In this document: positions 38,986 to 47,588 of the stretch, piece after piece
Layout: each line of letters opens with the position of its first letter
Numbering within the stretch: the stretch's first letter is position 1
Source of the DNA: Candidatus Uhrbacteria bacterium
GTDB taxonomy: Bacteria > Patescibacteriota > Patescibacteriia > UBA9934
Assembly: GCA_943350635.1 (NCBI GenBank)
Contig: CALRAI010000003.1
Coordinates: forward strand, 1 to 52,840
DNA length: 52,840 nt
Direction of reading: 5' to 3'
Program-made: the position numbers and the translations under genes
Notes under the pieces: model-generated
The model's database searches: none
Told to the model about the DNA's origin: nothing
What the model saw: only the letters and a program-made list of their open reading frames with translations

Positions 38986-39471
38986 ATGACTAAAGAAATC
39001 CAATTAACAGCTCAAAAAGTTGCCGAGTATTTTCTTTGGCTTGCGAAAGAGGAGGGAAAATCGATGACTAATAAGAAGCTCCAAAAGATGATTTACTACG
39101 CCCAAGCGTGGTTTCTTGCCATTCATGGTAATAAAATCTTTAACGATAAAATTGAAGCGTGGGTACATGGGCCTGCTGTTCGTGCTGTTTACATCAAGTA
39201 CAAAAAGTTTGGATTTGGGCCAATTGATTTACTGCCCTCAAAAGAGGAAATTTTGGAAATTCCGGAAGACAAGAAGAATTTCTTAAAAGAAGTTTGGAAG
39301 ATTTATGGCAAATACGACGCCGCATATTTAGAACGGCTGAGTCATTCCGAGATTCCGTGGCAAAAGGCTAGAGAAAATCTTGAACCCAATATGGGATCTG
39401 AAAACGAAATATCACCATCAGAAATGAGTACTTTTTACGGAGCAAAACTAAAAGCCAGACAAGCTGTTTAA
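38986..39471 (+). CDS. Panacea (DUF4065/GepA/SocA-like) antitoxin
   Basis: TNKKLQKMIYYAQ, IEAWVHGP, LSHSEIPW. Confidence 0.88.
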   Translation: MTKEIQLTAQKVAEYFLWLAKEEGKSMTNKKLQKMIYYAQAWFLAIHGNKIFNDKIEAWVHGPAVRAVYIKYKKFGFGPIDLLPSKEEILEIPEDKKNFLKEVWKIYGKYDAAYLERLSHSEIPWQKARENLEPNMGSENEISPSEMSTFYGAKLKARQAV

Positions 39472-39474
39472 GTT

Positions 39475-39912
39475 ATGGGAATTCCAAAACTTGATGAACC
39501 GATTCAATCTGGAGAAATACCTCTCGATAGTGCGGAGTTACCACAGGATGACGTTGAACCAGAATTGATTCCGTATCTCATTTCGTTTCAAAGGTATAAC
39601 AGAAAGGAGTGTAAAATCGAAGAAATGGAAGCGAAATCTGCAAGAAAAGCATTCAAAGTCGTGAGAGATATAGGAATGAAGGTTAGAACCGAAGCTGATT
39701 TTAAAGTACATTTTCCAAAACTTGTTATAGCTCCTGTTGAGGACATTGGAGCGTACCGAGATCTTTTCAGGGGATTACGAGATTCACTAGATATAGAAAT
39801 GAAAGAGCTAAAATTCGAAACGGATAAAGGCAGATTGTTCTTTTTTGTGATCGATAAAATTTTTCATGTGGTTGCCGTGAGAGATAGCCATTACGAAGTA
39901 GACAAAAGATAG
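39475..39912 (+). CDS. Putative cognate toxin, possibly RelE/ParE-like fold
   Basis: 3 bp after the Panacea gene; C-terminal ELKF..KGRLFFFV...FHVVAV...H. Confidence 0.55.
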   Translation: MGIPKLDEPIQSGEIPLDSAELPQDDVEPELIPYLISFQRYNRKECKIEEMEAKSARKAFKVVRDIGMKVRTEADFKVHFPKLVIAPVEDIGAYRDLFRGLRDSLDIEMKELKFETDKGRLFFFVIDKIFHVVAVRDSHYEVDKR

Positions 39913-39936
39913 ATGAGAATTGCATTTAGTACATCC

Positions 39937-40012
39937 GCCCTCGTAGCTCAACGGATAGAGTAAGGCGGTTCTAACGCCAAGGTTGAAGGTTCGACTCCTT
40001 CCGAGGGCACCA
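39937..40012 (+). tRNA. tRNA-Arg(UCU)
   Basis: GCCCTCG/CGAGGGC acceptor stem, GGATA D-loop (A20), loop GT-TCT-AA, encoded CCA. Confidence 0.88.
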
Positions 40013-40321
40013 AGTTTTACAAAATAAAGGAAATAGCACAAGATATAAATGACTCCTACTAAATCAAACCATTGGAAGGGGATGAAATCGCCAATGACCC
40101 GCTCAGCAATGGGCGGGCTTAGTCGTTATTGAGGAAACTTTCAAAAGAGGTTATCCTTTGGGAGATTCCACAAAAGGACAATCGGCTGTAGGAACCGTAA
40201 GTAGTCAGTCGCGGCAGAAATGCCGCCTTTTGTTTTATACGGTACAAAGCTCCATCACCCCGCTAAACCGCAATTCCTGCTCAAACGCACCCCAATTCAT
40301 GGTTCTGAACGCGTCCACTAT

Positions 40322-40411
40322 GTCCCGCCAGGATAATTTCTTATCGGATAGACCCGTAGGCCTCATGCCGCGCGGGGCGACCCATAGGGATTTGTCTCCA
40401 AAACACAACCG
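40322..40411 (+). repeat. 90-bp direct repeat copy 1 (att core plus structured arm)
   Basis: Matches 41141-41229 except two substitutions and one indel; runs into terminator acaaccgtcc-gaaa-gggcggttttgt. Confidence 0.9.
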
Positions 40412-40504
40412 TCCGAAAGGGCGGTTTTGTTGTTTTGCCTTCAGTCCTTCTACAGGTTACCGGGTTTTGTTGGTATGCTTCTTTTACTTAATATCCGTCA
40501 GCTT

Positions 40505-41053
40505 ATGAATTCTGCACGAAGACTTTTTCTTGCTTTTGGCCTTATCGGAGCGCTATTTGGATGGCTCGGCAGTACCACGCCCGCCTTCGCGTGTTCGTGC
40601 GCCATGGCCACACCGAGCGAACAGTTTGAGAACGCTAAAGCAGTTTTTGTAGGGACGGTGAAAGATATCTCTGCAGATGGTTACGATAATATTGTGGATT
40701 TTGACGTAAGTGAATCACGGAAGGGTTTGAATACAAAAAGCGTTAGCGTTACGACAAGTCAACAAGGGGCTTCGTGTGGTTTCTCTTTCGAAAAAGGCCG
40801 AGAGTACACCGTGTATGCATACGATGATAACGGAGACCTTGGTACAGGAATTTGTAGCGGAACATCTCTGCTTATTGCTGACGCTCAGGATGGCGACAGT
40901 GAAATCGATATCACGAGCAATCCCACGGATCCAGCAATAAAAACAACAAAGAGTAAGAATTCTATCGCTCCCATCGTAATCGCGGTCATCATTTCATTTA
41001 TCGCTGGTGCATTGGCAACGCACGCGGTGGAGCATCGAAAGAAAACCAAATAA
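40505..41053 (+). CDS. Secreted TIMP/NTR-like protein with C-terminal membrane anchor
   Basis: Signal peptide ending AFA followed by CSC; VFVGTV, SCGFSF..G.EYTVYA, TGIC; C-terminal TM. Confidence 0.7.
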   Translation: MNSARRLFLAFGLIGALFGWLGSTTPAFACSCAMATPSEQFENAKAVFVGTVKDISADGYDNIVDFDVSESRKGLNTKSVSVTTSQQGASCGFSFEKGREYTVYAYDDNGDLGTGICSGTSLLIADAQDGDSEIDITSNPTDPAIKTTKSKNSIAPIVIAVIISFIAGALATHAVEHRKKTK

Positions 41054-41140
41054 GCCTAACCCACTCGCCTTAAATCGCTCCAAAAATAGCCGTCGAAATA
41101 CCCTTGTATAACCCTCATTATCTTGGTACTGAACTCACAC

Positions 41141-41229
41141 GTCCCACCAGGATAATTTCTTATCGGATAGACCCGTAGGCCTCATACCGCGCGGGGCGCC
41201 CATAGGGATTTGTCTCCAAAACACAACCG
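41141..41229 (+). repeat. Direct repeat copy 2 with degenerate att core GTCCCACCA
   Basis: See copy 1 at 40322-40411. Confidence 0.9.
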
Positions 41230-41286
41230 CCTGAAAATGGGGTTTTTGTTGTACAATCAAATCACCTCTACATAAGTTTCTCGCGT

Positions 41287-41424
41287 ATGCTAAAGAAAAG
41301 CGAAACGCCGATCAATATTACAATCATGTCCGTAGGAGGGCGTGGCGCAAACGTTATGGAACGCTTATACTCTCACTATAGCTTAGGCCTTCGTGGCGAT
41401 AACTATCGCGAACGTGATTCATAG
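41287..41424 (+). pseudogene. Possible truncated FtsZ/tubulin-like N-terminal fragment
   Basis: INITIMSVGGRGANVMERL resembles the FtsZ KIKVIGVGGGG.NA..RM motif. Confidence 0.35.
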
Positions 41425-41434
41425 CGAAATAATT

Positions 41435-41902
41435 ATGAATATAGCAAGCGCACTCGACGTGTTAGGACTTTTTCTTTTCATCGCCGGCTTCGTAATCGGA
41501 CTCGGCGCGGTAACTGTTATTGACATTCATGGTTACTTAGGGCGAAGATCTTCATACTGGACCAAGGCCACCACTCAGACACATAAAGTCACTAAACCAA
41601 TGATTTGGGCGGGAATCGCACTCGCAATCATCGGCGGTCTGATTTTCTATCGTTCCGAGCGGATTCTTGGCATCCCGCTTGTGCACGCCGTCATCGCCCT
41701 TGTTCTTATTGCAAATGGGTATTTTCTTTCTTTCAAAGTAAGTCCCTTCTTGCTTACTCGTGAAAAGTCAGGTCATTCTGGTGACCTACTGCCTGTAACA
41801 TGGCAAAGGAAAATTATGGTGAGTTTGATTATTTCAGATCTCGGATGGTGGGGCGGGCTACTTTTGCTCTCCATACATATCGTAAACCGACAAACTCTAT
41901 GA
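41435..41902 (+). CDS. Four-TM hypothetical membrane protein
   Basis: Four hydrophobic segments; ATGA overlap with the next gene. Confidence 0.75.
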   Translation: MNIASALDVLGLFLFIAGFVIGLGAVTVIDIHGYLGRRSSYWTKATTQTHKVTKPMIWAGIALAIIGGLIFYRSERILGIPLVHAVIALVLIANGYFLSFKVSPFLLTREKSGHSGDLLPVTWQRKIMVSLIISDLGWWGGLLLLSIHIVNRQTL

Positions 41903-42417
41903 AAAATATTCTCTTTTTACTGGGCACTGCGCGTGAAGGACGTATGAGTGAAAGGGTAGCTCGTTTCGTGGTACGTTGCGCAAAGGAGCGAGGAGATATA
42001 GATGTGGCATTCGTTGACGTTGCAGATTTCTCTCAGTCGAAGACGAAGGGCAATAGTGTCGCGGAGGAGGCGTGGGATGCGTTTTTACAAAAAGCTGATG
42101 GACTCGTGATTATTTCTCCGGAGTACAACCATGGCTATCCGGGAGAACTCAAGCTCTTCTTGGATAACGCGTACGAGGCGTATGCGGGTAAACCGGTCGC
42201 AATCTGCGGAGTGTCTAATGGGTCCGTAGGCGGGGCCAGGATGGCTGAACAATTAAAGCTGGTGTTATCCGCCTTTCAGATGATCGTTATTAATGCCGCT
42301 GTCTATTTTGTAAATGTGGATGAGCATTTTGACGACTCAGGAAATACAAATGCTATGGATCTTTGGAAGAAAAAGGTGAATGGCATGCTCGACCAGGTTA
42401 TCAAATATTCCAAATAA
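41899..42417 (+). CDS. NADPH-dependent FMN reductase family protein
   Basis: GTAREGRMS, SPEYNHGYPGELKLFLD, GGAR. Confidence 0.9.
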   Translation: MKNILFLLGTAREGRMSERVARFVVRCAKERGDIDVAFVDVADFSQSKTKGNSVAEEAWDAFLQKADGLVIISPEYNHGYPGELKLFLDNAYEAYAGKPVAICGVSNGSVGGARMAEQLKLVLSAFQMIVINAAVYFVNVDEHFDDSGNTNAMDLWKKKVNGMLDQVIKYSK

Positions 42418-42491
42418 GACGCTCAGCCATTTATGAATTTGTCAGCGAGCATATGCCGGAAGAACCACGGACTGGTAAAATTGCGGTAATT

Positions 42492-43550
42492 ATGGATATG
42501 ACCCTGTTTCAAAATGAATTTTCTCCCTTTCTCAAGGCAACGGTTCATGACCACATTCAAGTATTTACCAAAACAACTCAAGATGCATTTCTCGGAGAGG
42601 CTGTTGAGCATATCAGTATGCTTGTTGGCGGAGGTAAACGCCTCAGGCCGTACCTCTCATCCATCGGATACGTGGCAGGAGGAGGACGGGATCGTGCCTT
42701 AATGATGCGGTTCGGTGTTGCGCTAGAGCTCTTTCATGTTTTTTGCCTCATACACGATGACATTATCGACAAAGCAGCAACACGCCGTAACGTGGCCACT
42801 GTTGAAGCATTTGTCCAGGACCACCTTCGCGCACAGGCTCGGAGAGGCGATCTGAGTCACCTCGCAAAAAGCCATGCGATTCTTCTTGGTGATCTCGTTT
42901 TTTCTTGGGCGTCTCGACACATGTGTGCGACGGCCCTTCTCTCGCCCCTTCCTCAAACTGTACTTGATGAGTATTACGGGATGGTTGATGAGGTAGTCGC
43001 AGGACAAATGATCGATGTCGACACCATGACTCGTGACGAACATGACGAAGGGTTACTCGAGCGAAAAATGTATCTCAAGACTGCGGGCTATTCCTTTGTG
43101 CGGCCCTTACGTCTCGGCCTTCGTCTGTCGGGTAATGCGACGGAAAAATCGCTTGCTGAGATGACTGCCATCGGAACACCCATGGGATTAGCATTCCAAT
43201 TGCAGGATGATGTATTTGATATCACGAGCAGCGTGGATGTGTTAGGCAAGCCGATTTTGTCCGATATTCGCGACGGACAACAAACGTTTCTCACAGCTTT
43301 TGTTGCACAACACGGCACTCCACAAGAAAAACTCTTGCTTGAGCGCGTGATGCATGGATCTGGCAGTGATGAGGATATGCATGCCTTGCGTGAGATACTT
43401 GTAACGAATGGTGCCGTTGCACGGGCTCAGTTTCGCATGAACGAATTGTGGAAAAGTACCAGGCATGCGATTGATCACGCGACGTTTCCTCATGAAATAC
43501 AAGAAGCACTCCATGCGCTCGTTGTTGCACTGCAGTCCCGCGTTCGCTAG
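42492..43550 (+). CDS. crtE: Polyprenyl (GGPP) synthase
   Basis: GGKRLRP, DDIID...RR, KTAGY, FQLQDD; adjacent to crtB and crtI. Confidence 0.85.
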   Translation: MDMTLFQNEFSPFLKATVHDHIQVFTKTTQDAFLGEAVEHISMLVGGGKRLRPYLSSIGYVAGGGRDRALMMRFGVALELFHVFCLIHDDIIDKAATRRNVATVEAFVQDHLRAQARRGDLSHLAKSHAILLGDLVFSWASRHMCATALLSPLPQTVLDEYYGMVDEVVAGQMIDVDTMTRDEHDEGLLERKMYLKTAGYSFVRPLRLGLRLSGNATEKSLAEMTAIGTPMGLAFQLQDDVFDITSSVDVLGKPILSDIRDGQQTFLTAFVAQHGTPQEKLLLERVMHGSGSDEDMHALREILVTNGAVARAQFRMNELWKSTRHAIDHATFPHEIQEALHALVVALQSRVR

Positions 43551-43553
43551 AGT

Positions 43554-44417
43554 ATGTTTCGCCCCGACGATGTGCGATTTTGTCAGAAACTCATGCGAAA
43601 GCATGGAGTAAGCTATACATTTGCAACGCGCTGGTTCCCTCGTCATATGCGGGAAGCGACAGCGGTACTCTATGCGTTCTTTCGCGTACCCGACGACCTT
43701 GTTGATGAAGCCCACGCCTCAGAAGATGAACGTCGGAAAGCACTACTCGCATGGCGACAGCAGTGGAGGGCCGCACAAGAAGGTGGGGACAGTGGACATC
43801 CTGTGCTTCGGGCCGCGGTTGAGATTTTTCGGGTATATAAAATCCCGTACCGTCTCGGCGATGATTTTCTCGATGCAATGGCGAAAGATATATCGACAGC
43901 AAGATATAGAGCGTATGCGGACTTGGAGGAATATATGTACGGATCAGCGGCTGTTGTCGGTATCATGATGAGTTACGTCATTGGCTATAAAAACGAAACA
44001 ACTCTCGTGAAAGCAAAAGCGTTGGGCGAAGCAATGCAGCTCACAAACTTTCTCCGGGACATCAGAGAGGATTATGACGGGCGCGCGCGCGTCTATATTC
44101 CCCAAGAGGATATGCTACAGTTTAGTGTAACCGATGAGGACATACGCGAACACGCCATGACTCCGGGTTTGATTGCCTTGCTTCGTTTTGAAATCGATAG
44201 AGCGCGTACACTTTATACAAAGGCTGAATCAGGAATAGATGAACTCGCGCCAGAGGGAAGATTTGCGGTACGACTGGCGTCCCGTCTCTATGCGGCGATT
44301 CTCACGAAAATAGAACAAGCAAATTACGACGTATTTCACGGTAGGGCAAAGACATCGTTGTTTGAAAAGATAGCTATAGCCTATTCAGTATGGAGAATAA
44401 CAAAAAACACGCAGTAA
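43554..44417 (+). CDS. crtB: Phytoene synthase
   Basis: YAFFRVPDDLVD, LGEAMQLTNFLRDIRED, RVYIP. Confidence 0.9.
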   Translation: MFRPDDVRFCQKLMRKHGVSYTFATRWFPRHMREATAVLYAFFRVPDDLVDEAHASEDERRKALLAWRQQWRAAQEGGDSGHPVLRAAVEIFRVYKIPYRLGDDFLDAMAKDISTARYRAYADLEEYMYGSAAVVGIMMSYVIGYKNETTLVKAKALGEAMQLTNFLRDIREDYDGRARVYIPQEDMLQFSVTDEDIREHAMTPGLIALLRFEIDRARTLYTKAESGIDELAPEGRFAVRLASRLYAAILTKIEQANYDVFHGRAKTSLFEKIAIAYSVWRITKNTQ

Positions 44418-45901
44418 TTATCGGCTCAGGCTTTGGCGGAGTCGGGCTCGCTGCGATGCTTGCAAAAGCGGGATATTCTGTCGACGTGTACGAGAAGAAT
44501 GAAAGCCTCGGTGGGCGCGCAAGCGTATTTGATGCCGAAGGGTTCCATTTTGATATGGGTCCTAGCTGGTATTTGATGCCGGATGTATTCGAGCGATTTT
44601 TCTCTCTGCTCGGTGAAAAGGTTGAGGATCATTTGGATTTAGTGAAACTCTCGCCATCATATCGAGTTTTTTTCAAAGATAAGCAGCGAGTTGTTGATCT
44701 GTATTCAGACATCACTCGCGATGCTGCAACGTTTGAATCAATGGAGCCAGGGGCGGGAAAAGCATTGGAAGAATATTTACGTCAGGCGAAGAAAAAATAT
44801 GAGATCGGCGTCGGAAGATTTGTCTATAAAAACTACGATCATTTTAGGGATTTTTTGACGCGAGAATTTCTTTTCGAGGGAAGAAGGCTCTCTGTCTTCA
44901 CATCAATGCATCGCTATGTCGGGAAATTCTTCAAAAATCCAGACGTCCAAAAGATGCTCCAGCATACGTTACTTTTCTTAGGCAATTCTCCCTATAACGC
45001 ACCGGCGCTCTATTCGATGCTTAGTCACGTCGACTTAGGCCAGGGGGTGTTTTATCCATTGGGAGGCATCGGCAAGGTCATTGAGGCGATTGTTCATATT
45101 GGAAAGAAACACGGCGCACGCTTTCATTGCTCTGCAGCCGTGGAGAAGATTGAAACAAAAAATGGGAAAGTATGCGGCATTCGTCTCGCCTCAGGCGAGT
45201 TCGTTGGCGCTGATATTGTCATTTCAAATGCCGATCTCTTTCATACGAACATGCATCTTCTCTCAAAAGGAGACCGAGAACACGATGATACGTACTGGGA
45301 AAAGAAAGTCATGGCTCCGTCAGCATTTTTACTGTATCTCGGAACGAACAAGAAGTTTCCAAGTGTCACCCACCATAATCTTGTCTTCTCCAAGGATTGG
45401 AAAGAGAACTTCAAGGACATCTTTGACGTTCCCGTTTTGCCCCGGGACCCGTCGTTTTATGTCTGTGCTCCCAGCGTGACCGATTCTCGCGTGGCACCAG
45501 AAGGAAAAGAGAACCTTTTTGTACTTGTACCGATTGCATCAGGCTTAACCTTAAGTAAGGAGGAACTTGATGCATACGAGCAAAAAATATTGTCGACAAT
45601 GGAAACGGAAATGGGCATGGAGGGACTTTGTTCTTCAATCACCTATCGACGAAGATTTGCGGTTGATGATTTTGCGGAACGTTACCATAGCTATCGAGGA
45701 AGCGGCCTGGGGCTGTCGCATACCATTATGCAGACAGCGATTTTTCGCCCCAATACATACAGTAAGCGCGTAAAAGATCTGTATTTTGTCGGTGGCGATA
45801 CGAATCCAGGGATTGGTATGCCGATGTGCCTCGTGAGTGCACAGTTAGTATATAAACGCTTGATCGGAGACAAAACCGACCATCCGCTCACCTCTTTATA
45901 A
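44390..45901 (+). CDS. crtI: Phytoene desaturase
   Basis: IGSGFGG, FDMGPSWYLMPD, LYFVGGDTNPGIGMP. Confidence 0.9.
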   Translation: MENNKKHAVIIGSGFGGVGLAAMLAKAGYSVDVYEKNESLGGRASVFDAEGFHFDMGPSWYLMPDVFERFFSLLGEKVEDHLDLVKLSPSYRVFFKDKQRVVDLYSDITRDAATFESMEPGAGKALEEYLRQAKKKYEIGVGRFVYKNYDHFRDFLTREFLFEGRRLSVFTSMHRYVGKFFKNPDVQKMLQHTLLFLGNSPYNAPALYSMLSHVDLGQGVFYPLGGIGKVIEAIVHIGKKHGARFHCSAAVEKIETKNGKVCGIRLASGEFVGADIVISNADLFHTNMHLLSKGDREHDDTYWEKKVMAPSAFLLYLGTNKKFPSVTHHNLVFSKDWKENFKDIFDVPVLPRDPSFYVCAPSVTDSRVAPEGKENLFVLVPIASGLTLSKEELDAYEQKILSTMETEMGMEGLCSSITYRRRFAVDDFAERYHSYRGSGLGLSHTIMQTAIFRPNTYSKRVKDLYFVGGDTNPGIGMPMCLVSAQLVYKRLIGDKTDHPLTSL

Positions 45902-46720
45902 AATGATGGAAAAGAAAAGGAGCGCACCCATAATTGCGTTAATCGTCGGGAAACGTTTATATGTCGTCATTAATGCCTGATGTGTAGATGAGCGCAATGA
46001 AAACAGCATGAGCATGGCATATACACCAAGCCCAACCCAACCGATGGTGCCGACGGTAAGTCCGGCTATCACACCAGCTGCAATGTAAAAGAGCAGGCAC
46101 AAAATTAACGTATTCTTGGCGCCAAGCGTTGTTGCAACCGTAGGAATTCCCGCCACTTTATCTGCATCAATGTCTGGAACTGCAGAATATGCGTGCATAG
46201 CTGCTGACCAGAATATACCGGCAGCTACGAGAGAAAGATTAAGACTTGTTCCTCCGAATGCAAAATATGCGGCAATGCCTGGCATAACATACAGCGCATT
46301 GAACGCGGAATCGAGAAATGGCCGTGCCTTCGCACGGATTGGTGGAACAGAGTAGAAATACCCAAGGAAGAGAAAGCTAGCACACACAAGAATAGTCCTG
46401 AGATCGAGAATAAAAAGGAGAGGAATAAAAATGATGTTCGAGAGAGCAATGACGCGCCATAGTGAACGGTGTTGGGTACGTAGTACGAGCGGTTCGTACC
46501 CTTTCTTTTTCTCGTTTATCACGTCGGTATCATAATCAAAAATATCATTGACGCCATAAATGAGGAGATTCGCCGGTAGGGTGAAGTACAGTCCAAGGAA
46601 AAGTGCTGCCGCTGAAAATGTACCCGTCCCTGTCTGAAAAGCGGCAGCTGCACCAAGCAAAAATGGCCCTAAAAGATAAATCCAAAAACGAGGACGAGAC
46701 ACGCGAAGGAAGATAAGCAT
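45896..46720 (-). CDS. Lycopene elongase-like UbiA prenyltransferase (CrtEb/LyeJ family)
   Basis: SRPRFWIY, YGVNDIFDYDTD, YSVPPIRAKARPFLDS, HAYSAVPDIDAD; convergent with crtI. Confidence 0.8.
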   Translation of the reverse strand: MLIFLRVSRPRFWIYLLGPFLLGAAAAFQTGTGTFSAAALFLGLYFTLPANLLIYGVNDIFDYDTDVINEKKKGYEPLVLRTQHRSLWRVIALSNIIFIPLLFILDLRTILVCASFLFLGYFYSVPPIRAKARPFLDSAFNALYVMPGIAAYFAFGGTSLNLSLVAAGIFWSAAMHAYSAVPDIDADKVAGIPTVATTLGAKNTLILCLLFYIAAGVIAGLTVGTIGWVGLGVYAMLMLFSLRSSTHQALMTTYKRFPTINAIMGALLFFSIIL

Positions 46721-46779
46721 ATATACTGCATAGTATAAGCTTCCCGCGGTACGATAACAATAAACACCATTTGCAATAT

Positions 46780-47298
46780 ATGAAGAAAACACCTCGGAGA
46801 ATTATCGTGAATGATAAAATGCAGAAAAATTATACGTATACGCTTACCGAGCCAATTGGCCGAAATTTTCATCTTGATTTTACGCCGGAACTCACGCCAA
46901 AAGAGATGCTTGCGTTGGGAGTATTTGGGGGCAAATATATGACCGACTGCAAACAAGAGTTTCCTAAAAGCTGGTTTACGCGTGCGAAGTTTTCACCAGA
47001 ACATCACGATGACACGCTCAACTTCTTTCGCGAACACGCCAGCCAACCGCTAAAAGTTTGGCAGGAAAAGGGATGGATAAATGAAGAACATGATCCTCGC
47101 GGCTGGTTTCAGTGGTACTGCCGCTACTATATGGGTAGACGACTCGACGCCGAGGATGGGCGACAAATCAAGCGCTGGAGAGCTATTGTTCGCCACATCG
47201 CCCAACTCAAGAAACATTGTCGTACCGGAGATATTTCGTGCCGACCAATCCAGCGTCAGGCCATCCTTCATTGGGCCTACGATTCGCGCAACATGTAA
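46780..47298 (+). CDS. Conserved hypothetical protein
   Basis: LTPKEMLALGVFGGKY, DPRGWFQWYCRYYMGRR, RQAILHWAYD; function unknown. Confidence 0.8.
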   Translation: MKKTPRRIIVNDKMQKNYTYTLTEPIGRNFHLDFTPELTPKEMLALGVFGGKYMTDCKQEFPKSWFTRAKFSPEHHDDTLNFFREHASQPLKVWQEKGWINEEHDPRGWFQWYCRYYMGRRLDAEDGRQIKRWRAIVRHIAQLKKHCRTGDISCRPIQRQAILHWAYDSRNM

Positions 47299-47492
47299 AA
47301 CGGCAAAAAAAGAAAAAAAGATATCAAAGCAGTATTGACGGCGATTGCGATGGGTCCGCTATTTGCCGCTATCGGTGACAGTGCATATCGTGGTTTCGCT
47401 GCAAAGCAAATATGTAAACTCTGTTACCAGCGCCTAACCTTCGTGCAAAAGCTTCTCTCAATGTTTCCGATTTTGTTGTAAGAAAGTTTTTT

Positions 47493-47544
47493 GAAACGAA
47501 CAACGCCCGCCTTCTCTTTCGATAGGGCGAGCGTTGCGTGCGTA
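47493..47544 (-). terminator. 3' hairpin of the singleton family
   Basis: Minus strand acgcaacgctcgccctatc-gaaa-gagaaggcgggcgttg-ttcgttt, similar to 23297-23348. Confidence 0.6.
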
Positions 47545-47588
47545 CTGACGTGGTGACGAACAGTGCGCACAGTTCCTGCCGACGGGGT

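Larger units (their letters stand above)
28585..40330. mobile_element. Integrative element at the tRNA-Asp 3' end; attL 28585-28593 and attR 40322-40330 (GTCCCGCCA)
   Basis: 9-bp direct repeat of the tRNA 3' end; recombinase abuts the tRNA; AT-richer cargo of R-M, Rep and TA genes. Confidence 0.8.

Noticed and set aside
39963-39979. Reading the island tRNA as an amber suppressor (CUA)
   Set aside because: The GGCG/CGCC stem centres a 7-nt loop on TCT, and the D-loop has the Arg determinant A20.
40322-41229. CRISPR array or known riboswitch
   Set aside because: Only two 90-bp copies 819 bp apart, no cas genes, and no riboswitch consensus I recognise; the repeat begins with the tRNA 3' core.
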